The position numbers and the translations under genes are program-made. Positions 49,849 through 62,378 of a stretch of 64,000 nt of DNA are shown one piece after another; position 1 is the stretch's first letter, and each line of letters opens with the position of its first letter. Source of the DNA: Chamaesiphon sp. (GTDB lineage Bacteria; Cyanobacteriota; Cyanobacteriia; Cyanobacteriales; Chamaesiphonaceae); assembly GCA_965246715.1 (NCBI GenBank), contig CBDFFH010000051.1, forward strand, positions 160,001 to 224,000, in the 5' to 3' direction. The notes beneath the pieces are model-generated. The model worked only from the letters and a program-made list of their open reading frames with translations. It was not told where the DNA came from and ran no database searches.

Positions 49849-51078
49849 CTACTTAACGATTTTGGAAACGACACCCGCACCAATGGTACGACCGCCTTCA
49901 CGGATTGCGAAGCGCATACCTTGTTCGATCGCTACTGGGTTGATCAGTTCTACAGTCATCTTGACGCGATCTCCAGGCATTACCATTTCAGCAGCACTAC
50001 CGTCATCGGCAGTAAACGCTTGGATGTTGCCAGTTACGTCAGTCGTCCGGACGTAGAACTGAGGACGGTAGCCAGGGAAGAATGGAGTCTTCCGACCGCC
50101 TTCTTTGTCGGTGAGGACATATACTTCACCTTCAAAGATGGTGTGAGGTTTGATACTGCCAGGTTTAGCAATTACCATCCCGCGTTCGATGTCGGCTTTT
50201 TGGATACCGCGCATCAGTACGCCTACGTTATCACCAGCTAATCCTTCATCGAGGGATTTTTGGAACATTTCTACACCAGTAATAGTGGTGCTGCGAGTGT
50301 CTTTGATCCCAATGATTTCAACGTTTTCGCCAACTTTGACTTTCCCACGTTCGATCCGTCCGGTTGCAACTGTACCCCGACCAGTGATCGAGAATACGTC
50401 TTCAACAGCCATCAAGAAGGGTTTGTCGATTTCGCGTTCTGGAGTAGGGATATAGTCATCTACTGCTGCCATCAGGTCGTAGATTTTGTCTACCCACTCG
50501 TTTTCCCCTTGAATGGTTTTGGGGTTAGCCAGCATTTGCTCTACTGCTTTAACAGCAGATCCAGAAACGACGGGAATGTTGTCGCCATCGAAGTCGTAGG
50601 AAGAGAGCAATTCGCGAATTTCTAATTCGACTAGTTCGAGTAACTCTTCGTCATCTACTAAGTCGGTTTTGTTCATGAACACAACCAGACGCGGTACACC
50701 AACTTGTTTTGCCAAGAGGATGTGTTCGCGAGTCTGTGGCATGGGGCCATCGGCTGCGGATACGACCAAGATACCGCCGTCCATTTGTGCCGCACCCGTG
50801 ATCATGTTTTTCACATAGTCAGCGTGTCCGGGACAGTCTACGTGTGCGTAGTGGCGAGTTACGGTTTCGTATTCTACGTGAGCGGTGTTGATGGTGATCC
50901 CACGCGCTTTTTCTTCAGGAGCAGCATCGATCTCGTCATACTTCCGCGATTTTGCCGCACCGATTGCCGCGAGCGACATGGTGATTGCAGCAGTCAGTGT
51001 CGTTTTACCGTGGTCTACGTGACCAACGGTACCGATGTTAACGTGGGGCTTATTTCTTTCAAACTTAGCGCGTGCCAT
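49849..51078 (-). CDS. tuf: Elongation factor Tu
   Basis: [19 protein letters not shown]. Confidence 0.99.
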   Translation of the reverse strand: MARAKFERNKPHVNIGTVGHVDHGKTTLTAAITMSLAAIGAAKSRKYDEIDAAPEEKARGITINTAHVEYETVTRHYAHVDCPGHADYVKNMITGAAQMDGGILVVSAADGPMPQTREHILLAKQVGVPRLVVFMNKTDLVDDEELLELVELEIRELLSSYDFDGDNIPVVSGSAVKAVEQMLANPKTIQGENEWVDKIYDLMAAVDDYIPTPEREIDKPFLMAVEDVFSITGRGTVATGRIERGKVKVGENVEIIGIKDTRSTTITGVEMFQKSLDEGLAGDNVGVLMRGIQKADIERGMVIAKPGSIKPHTIFEGEVYVLTDKEGGRKTPFFPGYRPQFYVRTTDVTGNIQAFTADDGSAAEMVMPGDRVKMTVELINPVAIEQGMRFAIREGGRTIGAGVVSKIVK

Positions 51079-51179
51079 GTATCTTTATTCCTTTATTCCT
51101 CTGTAAATTTTAACTGGATTGTTGCCCGTTAGTGACTATTTTTGTAAATTTAATAACCACTAACTAGCAATGCACCAAT

Positions 51180-53258
51180 TTATCTCCCTCTGTTTTTGGT
51201 CACGATCGCTTCTGCGACGTTCCGGGGGACTTCATCGTAATGGCTGAATTCCATCGAGAAGATCCCGCGACCTTGGGTATTGGAGCGGATGTTGGTTGCA
51301 TAACCAAACATTTCCCCTAGAGGAACTTTGGCTGCAACTTTAGCGAGGTTCGCTGCCGCTTCTTGACCTTCGATCTGACCCCGACGGGAGTTGAGATCGC
51401 CGATGACGTTACCCAAGAAATTATCGGGAACTTCAACTTCGACCTTCATCACTGGCTCTAGCAGGGTGGGTTGAGCTTTCATGACACCATCTTTGACTGC
51501 GATCGAAGCCGCAATCTTAAAGGCCATTTCATTCGAGTCAACTTCATGGTAGGAACCATCGATGAGAGTGACTTTGAGGTCGATCATCGGATACCCAGCC
51601 AGCACGCCAGATTCGCAGGTCTCTTTGACACCTTGCTCGATCGGGTTGATGTACTGTTTGGGTACCGAACCACCAACGATTTTGGAGACGAACTCTAGTC
51701 CGCTACCGGGTTCCCCAGGGGCGATCTCGATCACGACGTGACCGTAGTTACCGCTACCACCACTTTGTTTAATGTACTTACCTTCTTGTTTGACACTCTT
51801 GCGAATGGTTTCACGGTAAGCCACTTGAGGGGCACCAACGTTAGCTTGGACATTAAATTCCCGTAACATCCGATCGACCAGAATTTCAAGGTGAAGTTCC
51901 CCCATCCCCGCAATTACGGTCTGGTTGGTCTCTGGGTCGGTGTTAACGCGGAAGGTCGGATCCTCCTGCGATAGGGAAATGAGCGCTTTGGAGAGCTTCT
52001 CCATGTCCTCTTTGGTCTTGGGTTCGACCGCGAGGGAGATGACTGGCTCAGGGATGAACAGTGATTCGAGAATTACTGCATTTTCCTCATCGCACAAAGT
52101 ATCACCGGTAAAGGTGTCCTTGAGTCCGAGCACCGCGCCGAGATCGCCTGCACGGAGTTCGTCAACCTCTTGGCGTTCGTCGGCTTTCAGGATAATCAAG
52201 CGCGAAATTCGCTCTTTCTTACCTTTGGTTGGGTTGAGCACATAAGTTCCAGTTTTGACAACTCCAGAATAGACGCGGATGAAGGTCAGACGACCATATT
52301 TGTCCGCCATAATCTTGAACGCCAGTGCTGCAAATGGCTCATTATCATCTGCGTGACGTTCGATTTCGACAGTCTCATCATCGGCTGATTTCCCTTTAAT
52401 CGCGGGTACTTCAGTCGGACATGGTAGATAGTCGATTACCGCATCGAGCAGAGATTGAACGCCTTTGTTCTTAAATGCCGAACCGCAGAACATTGGCACG
52501 ATCGCGCCGGAGATCGTACCTTTGCGCACTGCAAGCTTAATCTCTGCTTGAGAGATTTCTTGGCCTTCGAGATATTTCTCGGTCAATTCATCGGAAGTGT
52601 CAGCGACAGATTCGAGTAGTTTAACCCGAAACTCGTCGGCTTTCACTTGGAGGTCGGCGGGAATATCGCGTTCTTCGATGTCTTTACCCATATCATCGAG
52701 AGCGTAAAACGCCCGCATGGTCACAAGGTCGATGACTCCAGCAAAGTCGCCTTCCGCACCGATCGGAATTTGCAGCGGTACTGCATTGCAGCGCATTCGA
52801 TCGACGATTTGTTCGTAAACTTTGAAGAAATTCGCACCAGTCCGATCCATCTTATTCACAAAGACGATCCGAGGTACCTTGTAGCGATCGGCTTGCCGCC
52901 ATACCGTCTCCGATTGAGGCTGAACACCACCAACGGAGCAAAATACAGCGATTACACCATCTAATACCCGCATCGAGCGTTCGACTTCGATCGTAAAGTC
53001 TACGTGACCGGGAGTATCGATGATATTGATCTTATGATCTTTCCAAGTCGTGCTGATTGCGGCTGCGGTAATGGTGATACCACGTTCTTGTTCCTGTACC
53101 ATCCAGTCGGTGGTAGCAGTCCCTTCGTGGACTTCGCCGATTTTATGGACAACCCCAGAATAATATAAAATTCTCTCGGTAGTGGTTGTCTTACCCGCAT
53201 CGATGTGGGCTGCAATCCCGATGTTGCGTATTCTTTCAAACGGGACGGTACGTGGCAC
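51180..53258 (-). CDS. fusA: Elongation factor G
   Basis: [27 protein letters not shown] start with GGAGG RBS. Confidence 0.99.
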   Translation of the reverse strand: MPRTVPFERIRNIGIAAHIDAGKTTTTERILYYSGVVHKIGEVHEGTATTDWMVQEQERGITITAAAISTTWKDHKINIIDTPGHVDFTIEVERSMRVLDGVIAVFCSVGGVQPQSETVWRQADRYKVPRIVFVNKMDRTGANFFKVYEQIVDRMRCNAVPLQIPIGAEGDFAGVIDLVTMRAFYALDDMGKDIEERDIPADLQVKADEFRVKLLESVADTSDELTEKYLEGQEISQAEIKLAVRKGTISGAIVPMFCGSAFKNKGVQSLLDAVIDYLPCPTEVPAIKGKSADDETVEIERHADDNEPFAALAFKIMADKYGRLTFIRVYSGVVKTGTYVLNPTKGKKERISRLIILKADERQEVDELRAGDLGAVLGLKDTFTGDTLCDEENAVILESLFIPEPVISLAVEPKTKEDMEKLSKALISLSQEDPTFRVNTDPETNQTVIAGMGELHLEILVDRMLREFNVQANVGAPQVAYRETIRKSVKQEGKYIKQSGGSGNYGHVVIEIAPGEPGSGLEFVSKIVGGSVPKQYINPIEQGVKETCESGVLAGYPMIDLKVTLIDGSYHEVDSNEMAFKIAASIAVKDGVMKAQPTLLEPVMKVEVEVPDNFLGNVIGDLNSRRGQIEGQEAAANLAKVAAKVPLGEMFGYATNIRSNTQGRGIFSMEFSHYDEVPRNVAEAIVTKNRGR

Positions 53259-53404
53259 AATTACCTCCTTACTGGTCGGCTGCCGCTAATAAAATTGGTT
53301 AATCTTTACTAAGATTGTATACTTTTTTTGGTGTGGGTTGGATAACTACAGGCGTGCGGATGACTGCACTTGCCCGAGCTTCGGTCGTTGCAACTAGCGA
53401 AAAC

Positions 53405-53875
53405 CTAGTAGCGGTAGTGAGCGAAAGCTTTATTCGCTTCGGCCATCCGGTGGGTTTCTTCGCGTTTCCGAATCGCGCTACCCGTCTCATTCGCTGCATC
53501 CATTAGCTCGTTAGCCAACTTGCCTGCCATCGTTTTGCCCGCACGTGCCCGAGAATAGTTGATCAACCAGCGCATCGCTAGCGCTGTGCCACGATCGGCT
53601 TTTACTTCCATTGGTACTTGGTAAGTAGCACCACCAACCCGTCGACCTTTAACTTCGACTAGGGGAGTGGTATTTTTGACCGCTTTTTCAAAGGTTTCGA
53701 GCGGATCGTTACCCGTACGCTCTTCGATGGTTTTCATCGCGTCGTAGATAATCTTGTAGGCGATCGATTTTTTACCACTGCGCATAATGCGGCGCACCAT
53801 CATGTTGACGAGGCGACTGTTGTAAACAGCATCTGGTGGTACTGGGCGTTTGGGAACTGTAGTTCGACGTGACAT
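53405..53875 (-). CDS. rpsG: 30S ribosomal protein S7
   Basis: MSRR start at 53875; [24 protein letters not shown]. Confidence 0.99.
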   Translation of the reverse strand: MSRRTTVPKRPVPPDAVYNSRLVNMMVRRIMRSGKKSIAYKIIYDAMKTIEERTGNDPLETFEKAVKNTTPLVEVKGRRVGGATYQVPMEVKADRGTALAMRWLINYSRARAGKTMAGKLANELMDAANETGSAIRKREETHRMAEANKAFAHYRY

Positions 53876-54284
53876 AACTCGAAAAAATATTGAAGGGTAA
53901 TTACTCAGCGATCGAGTCCGGTACGAGCGACCGTACTCTATTCGCTGATTTCTAGTGACTATTTCACTGAATCTATCTGCTGGCTCGCAGACTAAAATTG
54001 GCGATCTTTGGAGTTGTGGCTGGGTCACCTCAAGGGTTGCGATCCAACCGAGTGCAACGAAACTTCAAAAATACTAATTTAGCTTTGCTCTTGGCAAATA
54101 ACTAGATTCAGTGCCTCGATGCTATTAGTGTTTTCACTAACAGCTCGATAACCGGATATAACCACAGTAGACACCCTCAGCATGGGAGCCTACGACGCGA
54201 CTAGGGATAGGTTCGTAAGCTTACAGATATCACAAATGCACTATCAATCTAAATTAATAGGCCAGTGGCAACCCGCAATAAATG

Positions 54285-54668
54285 TTAAGCCTTAGGAGCT
54301 TTAGGCCGTTTGGTTCCATATTTGGAACGACCTTGCTTGCGATCCTTGACTCCAGCCGTGTCGAGTGTGCCACGGATGATGTGGTATCTGACTCCAGGTA
54401 AGTCTTTGACCCGACCGCCGCGAATCATTACAACAGAGTGTTCTTGGAGGTTGTGACCGATTCCAGGAATGTATGCTGTAACTTCAAATCCAGAGGTCAA
54501 CCGTACCCGTGCTACTTTACGTAGGGCGGAGTTAGGTTTTTTAGGTGTAGTTGTGTAGACGCGTGTGCATACGCCACGTCGTTGAGGACATTCCTTCAAC
54601 GCAGGTGACTTGGTTTTGACTTTATAGTCTACGCGAGCTTTCCGAATTAACTGTTGGATGGTTGGCAT
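54285..54668 (-). CDS. rpsL: 30S ribosomal protein S12
   Basis: [29 protein letters not shown]. Confidence 0.99.
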   Translation of the reverse strand: MPTIQQLIRKARVDYKVKTKSPALKECPQRRGVCTRVYTTTPKKPNSALRKVARVRLTSGFEVTAYIPGIGHNLQEHSVVMIRGGRVKDLPGVRYHIIRGTLDTAGVKDRKQGRSKYGTKRPKAPKA

Positions 54669-55331
54669 GGGTTAGAAAATTGTACAGTTACCTAGCGGTT
54701 CCAACTGTTGACAAATTACCATTCTATAATAGTGTATGCAAGTGTGTCAATCAAATATTTGTTGACAGTCGCGATCGAAATTGTGGCCGAGCCAAAAATT
54801 CAACTGTTTCGATCGTGACTGCCACTTGGCGGCGTTGGCGATCTGAGTGCTTTTCTGAAAATCGAGATTGCAGTTGTCATAGCATTTGCAACACACATGT
54901 AATATCAGTCTTGGATTCGAGCGATCGACATAAAGCTATTCCTTAGCTAGTTTGACTCTCAAATTTTCACATCACATTAACTTTTATCTCACTCAAATGA
55001 GAGCAAATCAACCGATCGATTCAGGTCGTTAAGGGAATTTACTGAGGAGATCGAGAGTTACAGCCTGAGATAATTCTCTTGGTCTAATTTTTGGCTGATT
55101 TTCGTAACAAAAGTTCTAGAAAAATGTAGATCCACTCCTAGTTGTCGATAATTAAGAAATATCACCAACACGAACTTTAGCACAGTCAAAAGCGTAATAA
55201 ATAAGTAGCGATAACGACGATTGCAATCGATCGCTATAACCAATTCAAACTGCTGTGAAAGCGGTTCTGATTGGGAGCGATTGCTAAGATCGATCGGGAT
55301 CGATACTCGATCTATTGCGGTGGCAGTGGTG

Positions 55332-56117
55332 ATGAAAACTAGCACATTACTGAGAATGTATGAGGCTGGAGAGCGAGACTTTGCTGGTGTAGATTTAGCT
55401 GGTGCTGACTTACAAGGCGTAGCTTTAATTGAAGTGAATTTACGTGGTGCCAATCTCACTGGCGCAAATTTAAGTCGGGCATTTCTAACGCGATCCGATC
55501 TGAGTTGTACGAAGTTAAACTGGGCAAATCTCAGTTTTGTAAAGATGAGTGAAGGTAATCTTAGTGGGGCAGATTTATCTAAAGGCAATTTGCAAGGTGC
55601 CTTTCTCGTCAAATCGGCATTACTGGTAGCGCGAATGAGTGCGGCTAATCTCACTGGAGCCAATCTCCGAGGTGCTAATCTTGCTGGGGCAAATTTGTGT
55701 GGTGCCAATCTCTATCGAGTTAATTTACGCGATGCCAATTTAGTGGGCGCAAATTTCAACTGGGCAAATGTTTTGGAGGGCAGGTTGAGCGGAGCAAATC
55801 TACAAGATACGTCCCTGCAAGGAGTGAATTTAAGTCGGGCGTTTTTAACAGATTCCAATTTAGAAAATGGTGAATTAGATAGTGTCAATCTCCGCGAAGC
55901 TCGACTCACTGGAGCAAATTTGGCTAATGCCAATCTGACTGGAGCTAATCTTACCGCCGCACAATTACGGTATGCCAATCTTCAGGGGGCAGACTTGACT
56001 GGAGCTAAACTGAACAAAGCCAACTTGATGGGTGCCAATCTCGCCCGAACGATTCTCGATCGCGTCGATTTTACCGATGCAAATTTGGAGCGAACCAGTC
56101 TCAATTGGGCATATTAA
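55332..56117 (+). CDS. Pentapeptide repeat protein
   Basis: YEAGERDF followed by A(N/D)LxG repeats; probable start ATG 55332. Confidence 0.9.
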   Translation: MKTSTLLRMYEAGERDFAGVDLAGADLQGVALIEVNLRGANLTGANLSRAFLTRSDLSCTKLNWANLSFVKMSEGNLSGADLSKGNLQGAFLVKSALLVARMSAANLTGANLRGANLAGANLCGANLYRVNLRDANLVGANFNWANVLEGRLSGANLQDTSLQGVNLSRAFLTDSNLENGELDSVNLREARLTGANLANANLTGANLTAAQLRYANLQGADLTGAKLNKANLMGANLARTILDRVDFTDANLERTSLNWAY

Positions 56118-56435
56118 GAGAAGACAACCAGCGAGATCGATCTCTAAATCTCTTCGTACTTCTGACATTAATTATCGGTTTGTAGCTGAGTGCGAATCGC
56201 TGTAACCGATCGCCTGAGTCAATCGTGCTAGTTGCCGCCGCAATTGCCATGACTATTGGCGATCGGTAAGTTGCTTTGGCAAAAATACCGGAGCGTCGAG
56301 CGCCAAAAACCTTACGTCAACAAGTATCGATCGTTTACAATTGGCGATCCCCCACTAGCCTTTGCAGAACATTGCTGTCATCCTATATATATGTGGTTGA
56401 GAATGCAATTTACCTCCAGGATCTAATTATCACAA

Positions 56436-57935
56436 ATGACTACAACAGGAAATACGACAACAATCGCCCTATTAATCCTCTCGCTGGGTATTCTGGCATG
56501 GGGTTACTATCGGAATCGAGACTTGGGTAAATTTGGCATCCTGTCGTGGTTGCAATCAGTCGTACTGATGGTACCGTGGCTGTTGTGCTTTGGTGCCTTA
56601 TCGGTAGGTTTGCATATTAATCTAGTTGGCATTCTGCTGTTGTTGGTGACATCTACGAGTGTTTATATCTGGCTGGGAACTCAAGTTCGGCTGGCTGCTA
56701 AAGATCCGGAAGTAGCTGCAAAGATTGTTGAAAATAGGCTGAAATCCCAAGCCGAGCGGCTGCCCAGAGCTGGTGAAACGAACGCACAAGCCCTAGCGCT
56801 GGCGATGAATGTGCTCCAGATCCCCGATGAGGATTTAAGCAACATCAAGAACATTTTTGGCATCGATACATTTTACGCCACCGAGACTATTCCCTATCAA
56901 CAGGGGGCGATCTTTAAAGGTAATTTGCGCGGCGAAGCAGAAGCCGTCCATCATCGGCTAACTGATAAATTACACGATCGAGTGGGCGATCGGTATCGTC
57001 TCTTCTTAATTCCAGACCCGGAAAATCGCCCCGTTGTCATCGTCCTCCCGAGTAGTAACGATCCGCAGCCAGCAACAGTCGCACAGCAGGTGCTCGCTGC
57101 GGTAATGCTTGTTGCAACGATCGCGACTAGTCTAGAGACAATGGGCGTATTTCTCGGATTTGATTTTTACGAGCATACGGAACGGATTAAGGAAGTTTTA
57201 CCCTTAGCACTGGGATTGTGGACGACGCTGATCGCCCATGAAGCCGGACACCAGATCGTTGCGAAAATGCGTCAGGTCAAAATCGGCCTACCCTTCTTTT
57301 TACCGACCGGACAAATCGGTTCGTTTGGTGCGATTACTCGGTTTGAGTCTTTAGTGCCCAATCGCAGCATGTTATTTGACATTGCTTTCGCCGGGCCTGC
57401 CATTGGGGGAGCGGTAGCGTTTGCATTATTAGTCTGTGGCTTACTACTGTCTCATCCCGGTAGTGGCCTCGAAATTCCCTCCAAATTTTTGCAAGGTTCG
57501 ATTTTAGTCGGTTCGATCGCTAAAATTGTATTAGGCGTAGCAGTAAATCAACCCGCGATCTCGATTCATCCCTTAGTGTTGATTGGCTGGTTGGGGCTGG
57601 TAATTAATGCGCTTAATTTGATGCCAGCAGGACAGTTAGATGGCGGGAGAATCGTGCAAGCTATTTACGGCAGAAAAACAGCTCAGCGATCGACGCTAGT
57701 AACGCTCGTAATTCTGGGATTTATTGCCTTTTTCAACCCTGCTAATCTGGTAATTCTCTATTGGTTGGTGTTAGTTGGGTTCCTGCAACGAGCGCTGGAA
57801 CGCCCTAGTTTAGATGAAATTACCGAACCGAATGATGCTCGGGCCGCATTAGGATTACTCGCACTATTTCTGATGGCGGCGACAGTAATTCCCTTTAGTC
57901 CAGATTTGGCAGGAAGATTGGGAATTGGGGGGTAG
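56436..57935 (+). CDS. Site-2 (M50) membrane metalloprotease
   Basis: HEAGH, AGP, NLMPAGQLDGG. Confidence 0.93.
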   Translation: MTTTGNTTTIALLILSLGILAWGYYRNRDLGKFGILSWLQSVVLMVPWLLCFGALSVGLHINLVGILLLLVTSTSVYIWLGTQVRLAAKDPEVAAKIVENRLKSQAERLPRAGETNAQALALAMNVLQIPDEDLSNIKNIFGIDTFYATETIPYQQGAIFKGNLRGEAEAVHHRLTDKLHDRVGDRYRLFLIPDPENRPVVIVLPSSNDPQPATVAQQVLAAVMLVATIATSLETMGVFLGFDFYEHTERIKEVLPLALGLWTTLIAHEAGHQIVAKMRQVKIGLPFFLPTGQIGSFGAITRFESLVPNRSMLFDIAFAGPAIGGAVAFALLVCGLLLSHPGSGLEIPSKFLQGSILVGSIAKIVLGVAVNQPAISIHPLVLIGWLGLVINALNLMPAGQLDGGRIVQAIYGRKTAQRSTLVTLVILGFIAFFNPANLVILYWLVLVGFLQRALERPSLDEITEPNDARAALGLLALFLMAATVIPFSPDLAGRLGIGG

Positions 57936-58002
57936 AGAGTAACCAGTGTAGAACTCACTCGATCGAGTAATTAGGCATAATCAATCGTAACTAATAAAAA
58001 AT

Positions 58003-58917
58003 ATGGACGGATTTGGATTTTTAATTGCAGCAGTAATTGCGGCGGCGACTGTCAAGTCGGGGATTAGAGTCGATCGAGAGTACGAGCGGGGCGTGATTTT
58101 CCGGCTAGGAAGATTTCAAAAAATTCAAGGGCCAGGATTGTACTTTACTGTGCCGATACTCGATCAACGAAACCAAGTCGATATTCGGACGAAAACTGTC
58201 GATATCGCTCCGCAAGAGGCGGTGACAGCCGATAGCGTAACGATTAAAATTAACGCCGTGCTCTACTATCGAATCATCGATCCGATGAAGGCGATCAATA
58301 AAGTTGAAAACTATCAGATGGCAGTATATCAGGCTGCGATGACCACGCTCCGCAATATCGTCGGGCAACATAATCTCGATGATATGTTGAAAAGTCGCGA
58401 TAAAATCAATGCCAAAATTCAAGAAATCGTCGATGAAATCACCGAGCCGTGGGGTGTGGAAATCGAGCGGGTCGAACTCAAAGATGTCGAAATCCCGATT
58501 TCGATGCAGCGCGTGATGGCCATGGAAGCAGAAGCCGTGCGCGAGAAACGGGCGCGCCTGATTAAAGCAGAAGCGGAGCAAGAGGCTTCTAATCTACTCG
58601 GGCAAGCCGCTCAAGAGATGATGAAGAATCCGGCAGCACTAGAATTGCGACGGTTGCAGATGCTCACTGAAATCGGTGCGGAAAATAACAGTTCCACATT
58701 TGTGATGATTCCGTCAGATATTCTGAGTTTAGCGAAAGAATGGTCGATCGCAGCGCAAAATGGTAATGCCGCCCATCAGGTCGATCTTGCCAAAATCGCT
58801 CTAGCTAAACAAGCCGAACAACTCAATTCAGCCACTCCACAGGATCGACTCAACTTACCAGTCCAGGGAGAGGATGCGTTACCTGCAATCCTGCCCGAAC
58901 ATAGACTCCCAGAGTAA
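58003..58917 (+). CDS. SPFH/stomatin (slipin) family protein
   Basis: YERGVIFRLG, WGVEIERVELKDV, AEAVREKRA. Confidence 0.93.
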   Translation: MDGFGFLIAAVIAAATVKSGIRVDREYERGVIFRLGRFQKIQGPGLYFTVPILDQRNQVDIRTKTVDIAPQEAVTADSVTIKINAVLYYRIIDPMKAINKVENYQMAVYQAAMTTLRNIVGQHNLDDMLKSRDKINAKIQEIVDEITEPWGVEIERVELKDVEIPISMQRVMAMEAEAVREKRARLIKAEAEQEASNLLGQAAQEMMKNPAALELRRLQMLTEIGAENNSSTFVMIPSDILSLAKEWSIAAQNGNAAHQVDLAKIALAKQAEQLNSATPQDRLNLPVQGEDALPAILPEHRLPE

Positions 58918-58926
58918 ATAGTTAGA

Positions 58927-59718
58927 TTAGAGCCAGCCCTTTAATTTATAAACCAAGATGCCGAGATATTCCCGCAAGGCTCCAGTTGTCAACGAGAGAC
59001 TTTCTTCATTCGGGAGCAAGGCGAGAATAGCTGACTCGATTTGAGTATTAGGTTGGTCTATCTCTAATTGAGAAATCCGATAATCAGTTGGTGCCGCGAT
59101 CGCATTAATATCCAGCTTTTTAAAAATTGCCAGCGATCGCGGCATATGCATCGCTGAAGTTACGAGTAAAATTTTCTGGAAATTATATTGCTGTAAGATT
59201 TCTTTAGTATATACGGCATTGTCCCGCGTATTTAAAGATTTTCCTTCGGGGATGATATCGGTCTTGGGTACGCCCATTTTAATTAATAATTTCATCAAGT
59301 CATCAGCTTCTGGAGTGCTATTACCTTGCCAATCGATTCTCCCACCGCTGACGATAATTTTTGGTGCTTTGCCAGCACGATATAAATCCGCACCATACAA
59401 TACCCGATCGCCTGCATCGGAAAAGTCTACATCCGGACGCGGATATGCTTGCGATCGAATCCCGCCACCCAATACGACAATCGCATCAGCAGTCGGTAAT
59501 TCACCTTGCGGAATATTCTGCCATTCTAAAGATCGCACCAACGAATTACTCGTCCACGAATTGCTACTGAGCAATAGGATTAGCAATGCCGTGCTAATAA
59601 CTGCGGGAGTCCGTTTAGATTTTTTCCATAATAATCCGAGCGCGACGATTAATAGTAAACAAATTAATCCGATCGGATAGAAGAAAATGGGAATTAGTTT
59701 GGAGAGGAACAGAAACAT
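58927..59718 (-). CDS. YdcF/ElyC (DUF218) family protein
   Basis: IVVLGGG, VSGG, NTRDNA, VTSAMHMPRS. Confidence 0.92.
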   Translation of the reverse strand: MFLFLSKLIPIFFYPIGLICLLLIVALGLLWKKSKRTPAVISTALLILLLSSNSWTSNSLVRSLEWQNIPQGELPTADAIVVLGGGIRSQAYPRPDVDFSDAGDRVLYGADLYRAGKAPKIIVSGGRIDWQGNSTPEADDLMKLLIKMGVPKTDIIPEGKSLNTRDNAVYTKEILQQYNFQKILLVTSAMHMPRSLAIFKKLDINAIAAPTDYRISQLEIDQPNTQIESAILALLPNEESLSLTTGALREYLGILVYKLKGWL

Positions 59719-59756
59719 TGAATAAATTACTAATTATGAGGTGCATGGATCTCCGA

Positions 59757-59903
59757 TAAATTATTGTCTTTTGCATAATTTCAAACTAGTGGATCGTTCA
59801 TTGCTTTCATACCCACATCTCGAACGTGAAGTGAATTTGGGAAAAGATCGCTCAAACGGTTCGGTAACTTGGGTGACAAGTTTTCATCAAAAAGTAATTT
59901 TAT
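59757..59903 (-). pseudogene. DUF5615 PIN-like toxin remnant
   Basis: (ATA)KLLFDENLSPKLPNRLSDLFPNSLHVRDVGM...V*NYAKDN; start codon lost and W changed to stop. Confidence 0.75.
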
Positions 59904-60019
59904 GCAGATAATGGCGTGGTCATAAACTGCCGCTCGCAATCGGCAGCATAAGCAATGCAGGCTTTTAAATCCGATCGCGTCAGATCGGGAAAATCGTCGA
60001 GAATTTCTGCTCCAAACAT
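59900..60019 (-). pseudogene. DUF433 antitoxin C-terminal remnant
   Basis: AEILDDFPDLTRSDLKACIAYAAD; N-terminal half absent. Confidence 0.75.
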
Positions 60020-60058
60020 TAAGGGATATAAGCTTGAATTTTGAGAATCTGACTCAAT

Positions 60059-61222
60059 CTACTCGACGATCGCGATTTTATTGGCAGCATCAACAGCTTT
60101 GGAACGAGCGAGATCGGTGGTTTCGGCTTTAGCTAAAGCGACTCCCATCCGGCGATAGGGTCGAGCATCAGGCTTCCCAAATAGGCGCAGATCGACATCT
60201 GGTTCGCTGAGAGCTTCGGCTACTCCAGTAAAAGAAATAGAGTCAGAGTTTTTAGTGGCGAGAATTACCGCGCTGGCAGCCGGAGCGTATTGAACGATCT
60301 TCGGAATCGGTAAATCTAATACCGCCCGTAAATGTAATTCAAATTCATTTAAATTTTGCGAAATTAACGTCACCATCCCGGTATCGTGCGGCCGGGGAGA
60401 TAGTTCGGAGAAGATAACTTCATTAGCAGTAATAAAAAATTCTACGCCAAATATGCCCGCACCACCGAGCGCATCGGTTACTTGAGTAGCGAGTGCTTGC
60501 GCGGCGGCAAGTTGAGTCGGCGTAATTGCCGCTGGTTGCCAAGATTCTTGATAATCACCGCGTTCTTGGCGATGTCCGATCGGCGGACAAAAAATCGTCG
60601 GTGCGTGCCACTGTTTGATGGTTAGGAGGGTAATTTCGATCTCAAAATCGATAAATTCTTCGATAATTACTTTTTGACTGTCACCACGCGAACCGGCGAT
60701 CGCATAATTCCACGCAGCCTCAATTTCAGTAGCTTCTTTGACTATCGATTGACCTTTTCCTGAAGAAGACATGACTGGCTTGACGACATTGGGAAAGCCA
60801 ATTTCTTGAGATACCGATCGCATTTCCTCTAGATTAGTAGCATAGGCATATTTAGCCGTCCGCACCCCCAATTCATGGTGTGCGAGTTCGCGAATCCGAT
60901 CGCGATTCATCGTGTAATGTGTTGCCTTTGCGGTGGGAATTACGGTAATACCGCGCTGCTCGAATTCGGCTAATTTTTCAGTTCTAATTGCTTCGATTTC
61001 GGGGATGAGATAATCTGGCTGATGTTTGGTGACAATTCGTTCTAAATCTTCGCCACTGAGCATCGAAATAACTTCACTCTCATCGGCAACTTGCATTGCT
61101 GGTGCGTGCGGGTAACGATCGACTGCAATTACATGATTGCCCAGTCTTTGCGCCGCGATCGTAAATTCCTTACCTAATTCGCCCGATCCTAGCAGCATCA
61201 ATTTTTTGGGCAGTTTTAGCAT
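60059..61222 (-). CDS. purT: Formate-dependent GAR transformylase
   Basis: [38 protein letters not shown]. Confidence 0.97.
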   Translation of the reverse strand: MLKLPKKLMLLGSGELGKEFTIAAQRLGNHVIAVDRYPHAPAMQVADESEVISMLSGEDLERIVTKHQPDYLIPEIEAIRTEKLAEFEQRGITVIPTAKATHYTMNRDRIRELAHHELGVRTAKYAYATNLEEMRSVSQEIGFPNVVKPVMSSSGKGQSIVKEATEIEAAWNYAIAGSRGDSQKVIIEEFIDFEIEITLLTIKQWHAPTIFCPPIGHRQERGDYQESWQPAAITPTQLAAAQALATQVTDALGGAGIFGVEFFITANEVIFSELSPRPHDTGMVTLISQNLNEFELHLRAVLDLPIPKIVQYAPAASAVILATKNSDSISFTGVAEALSEPDVDLRLFGKPDARPYRRMGVALAKAETTDLARSKAVDAANKIAIVE

Positions 61223-61304
61223 TCGCGCATTCTCAAAATTATCTGCTTCTAGTCTAAGATCGATCGCGCACCTAAGTCTAAGCTTTCACACTCTAGCTCG
61301 CTAC

Positions 61305-62378
61305 TCATTCCCAATATAGCGCAGCTTCGATCGCCCATTTAGGGCAACCGCGCTGGGTGACAATCCTTTTTTCGTTAACAACCTGACCGCGCTCGTCGGT
61401 AACGACTTCGGTTCTGACGATGGTTTCACCGTGTTCGAGGTAATTTTCTAACACAGTTATGGCCGCAGCTTGGAGGGACTCCTTGAGTGGCGAAACGATA
61501 TTTGCGGTCAGTACGCTCTGAAGATCGCTTTGATACGACAGACCAGCAGCTTGAGGTTGGTTGAAAGACGATTCTGTAACTGTCACATAGGGATTGAATT
61601 GAAGATCGCTCTCTGGTGAAGGTTCGATTGCCAGTTTAGAGATAATCTTACCTAGGATTTCGCTATCGCCACTATTATTAGCAACACTTTGATGAGCAGT
61701 GAGATCGACATTATTAATACTAGGAATATCACCTAACTTGGCAATCCAGGCAATTCGATCTCTGAGGAAGAGTGAAATCAATCCCAGCCGAGTCTGGATA
61801 TCCAAGCGATCGTCAATGCAGATAGCATCCTGAACGCGGTACCATTTTGATTTGGCGAGGATGAGAATATCTAGTTGTACTCCTGGTTGTGGCTGCTGAC
61901 GACTTTCCATCCATGTTTGCCACAATTCCTCGACAGGTGCATAGCTCAGATGATAACCTTCGGGAATTTCATACTTTTGATAGCGAATGAATCCCCGATC
62001 GGCAGTAGCCGTATCGATCGGGATAAACTGGTGCTCGCCGATAATTTCTTGAATTAGTGTTGAATATTTACTATCCTTTTTGACCAGGATATAGTGTAGG
62101 CGTGCTGCCACTTTGTGAATCCCAATTAACTCACCAGTTGGTGTCGACAACTGCAGTGAATTGTGGGCATAATTAATGCGTAAATTATCATTGGTAATCA
62201 GCCGCTTTTTCCCACAGGCAAAGCGTCTGACGATCGTTTCATCTTCTAGCAAATCTTCAATAATCTGTTCGTGCTCTCCGAGGAATTGGGATTGTTCTGA
62301 CATTGCTGATTGTGAATGTAAATCTTGAGAGATTTCGGGACGGTTCAAAGCCTTATGAGCATGGGTATCGATAATCAT
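61305..62378 (-). CDS. Hypothetical protein
   Basis: Long ORF; start uncertain (TTG 62408, ATG 62378 or later). Confidence 0.7.
   Translation of the reverse strand: MIIDTHAHKALNRPEISQDLHSQSAMSEQSQFLGEHEQIIEDLLEDETIVRRFACGKKRLITNDNLRINYAHNSLQLSTPTGELIGIHKVAARLHYILVKKDSKYSTLIQEIIGEHQFIPIDTATADRGFIRYQKYEIPEGYHLSYAPVEELWQTWMESRQQPQPGVQLDILILAKSKWYRVQDAICIDDRLDIQTRLGLISLFLRDRIAWIAKLGDIPSINNVDLTAHQSVANNSGDSEILGKIISKLAIEPSPESDLQFNPYVTVTESSFNQPQAAGLSYQSDLQSVLTANIVSPLKESLQAAAITVLENYLEHGETIVRTEVVTDERGQVVNEKRIVTQRGCPKWAIEAALYWE

Noticed and set aside
53876..54028. N-terminal extension of S7
   Set aside because: The canonical MSRR start is at 53875.
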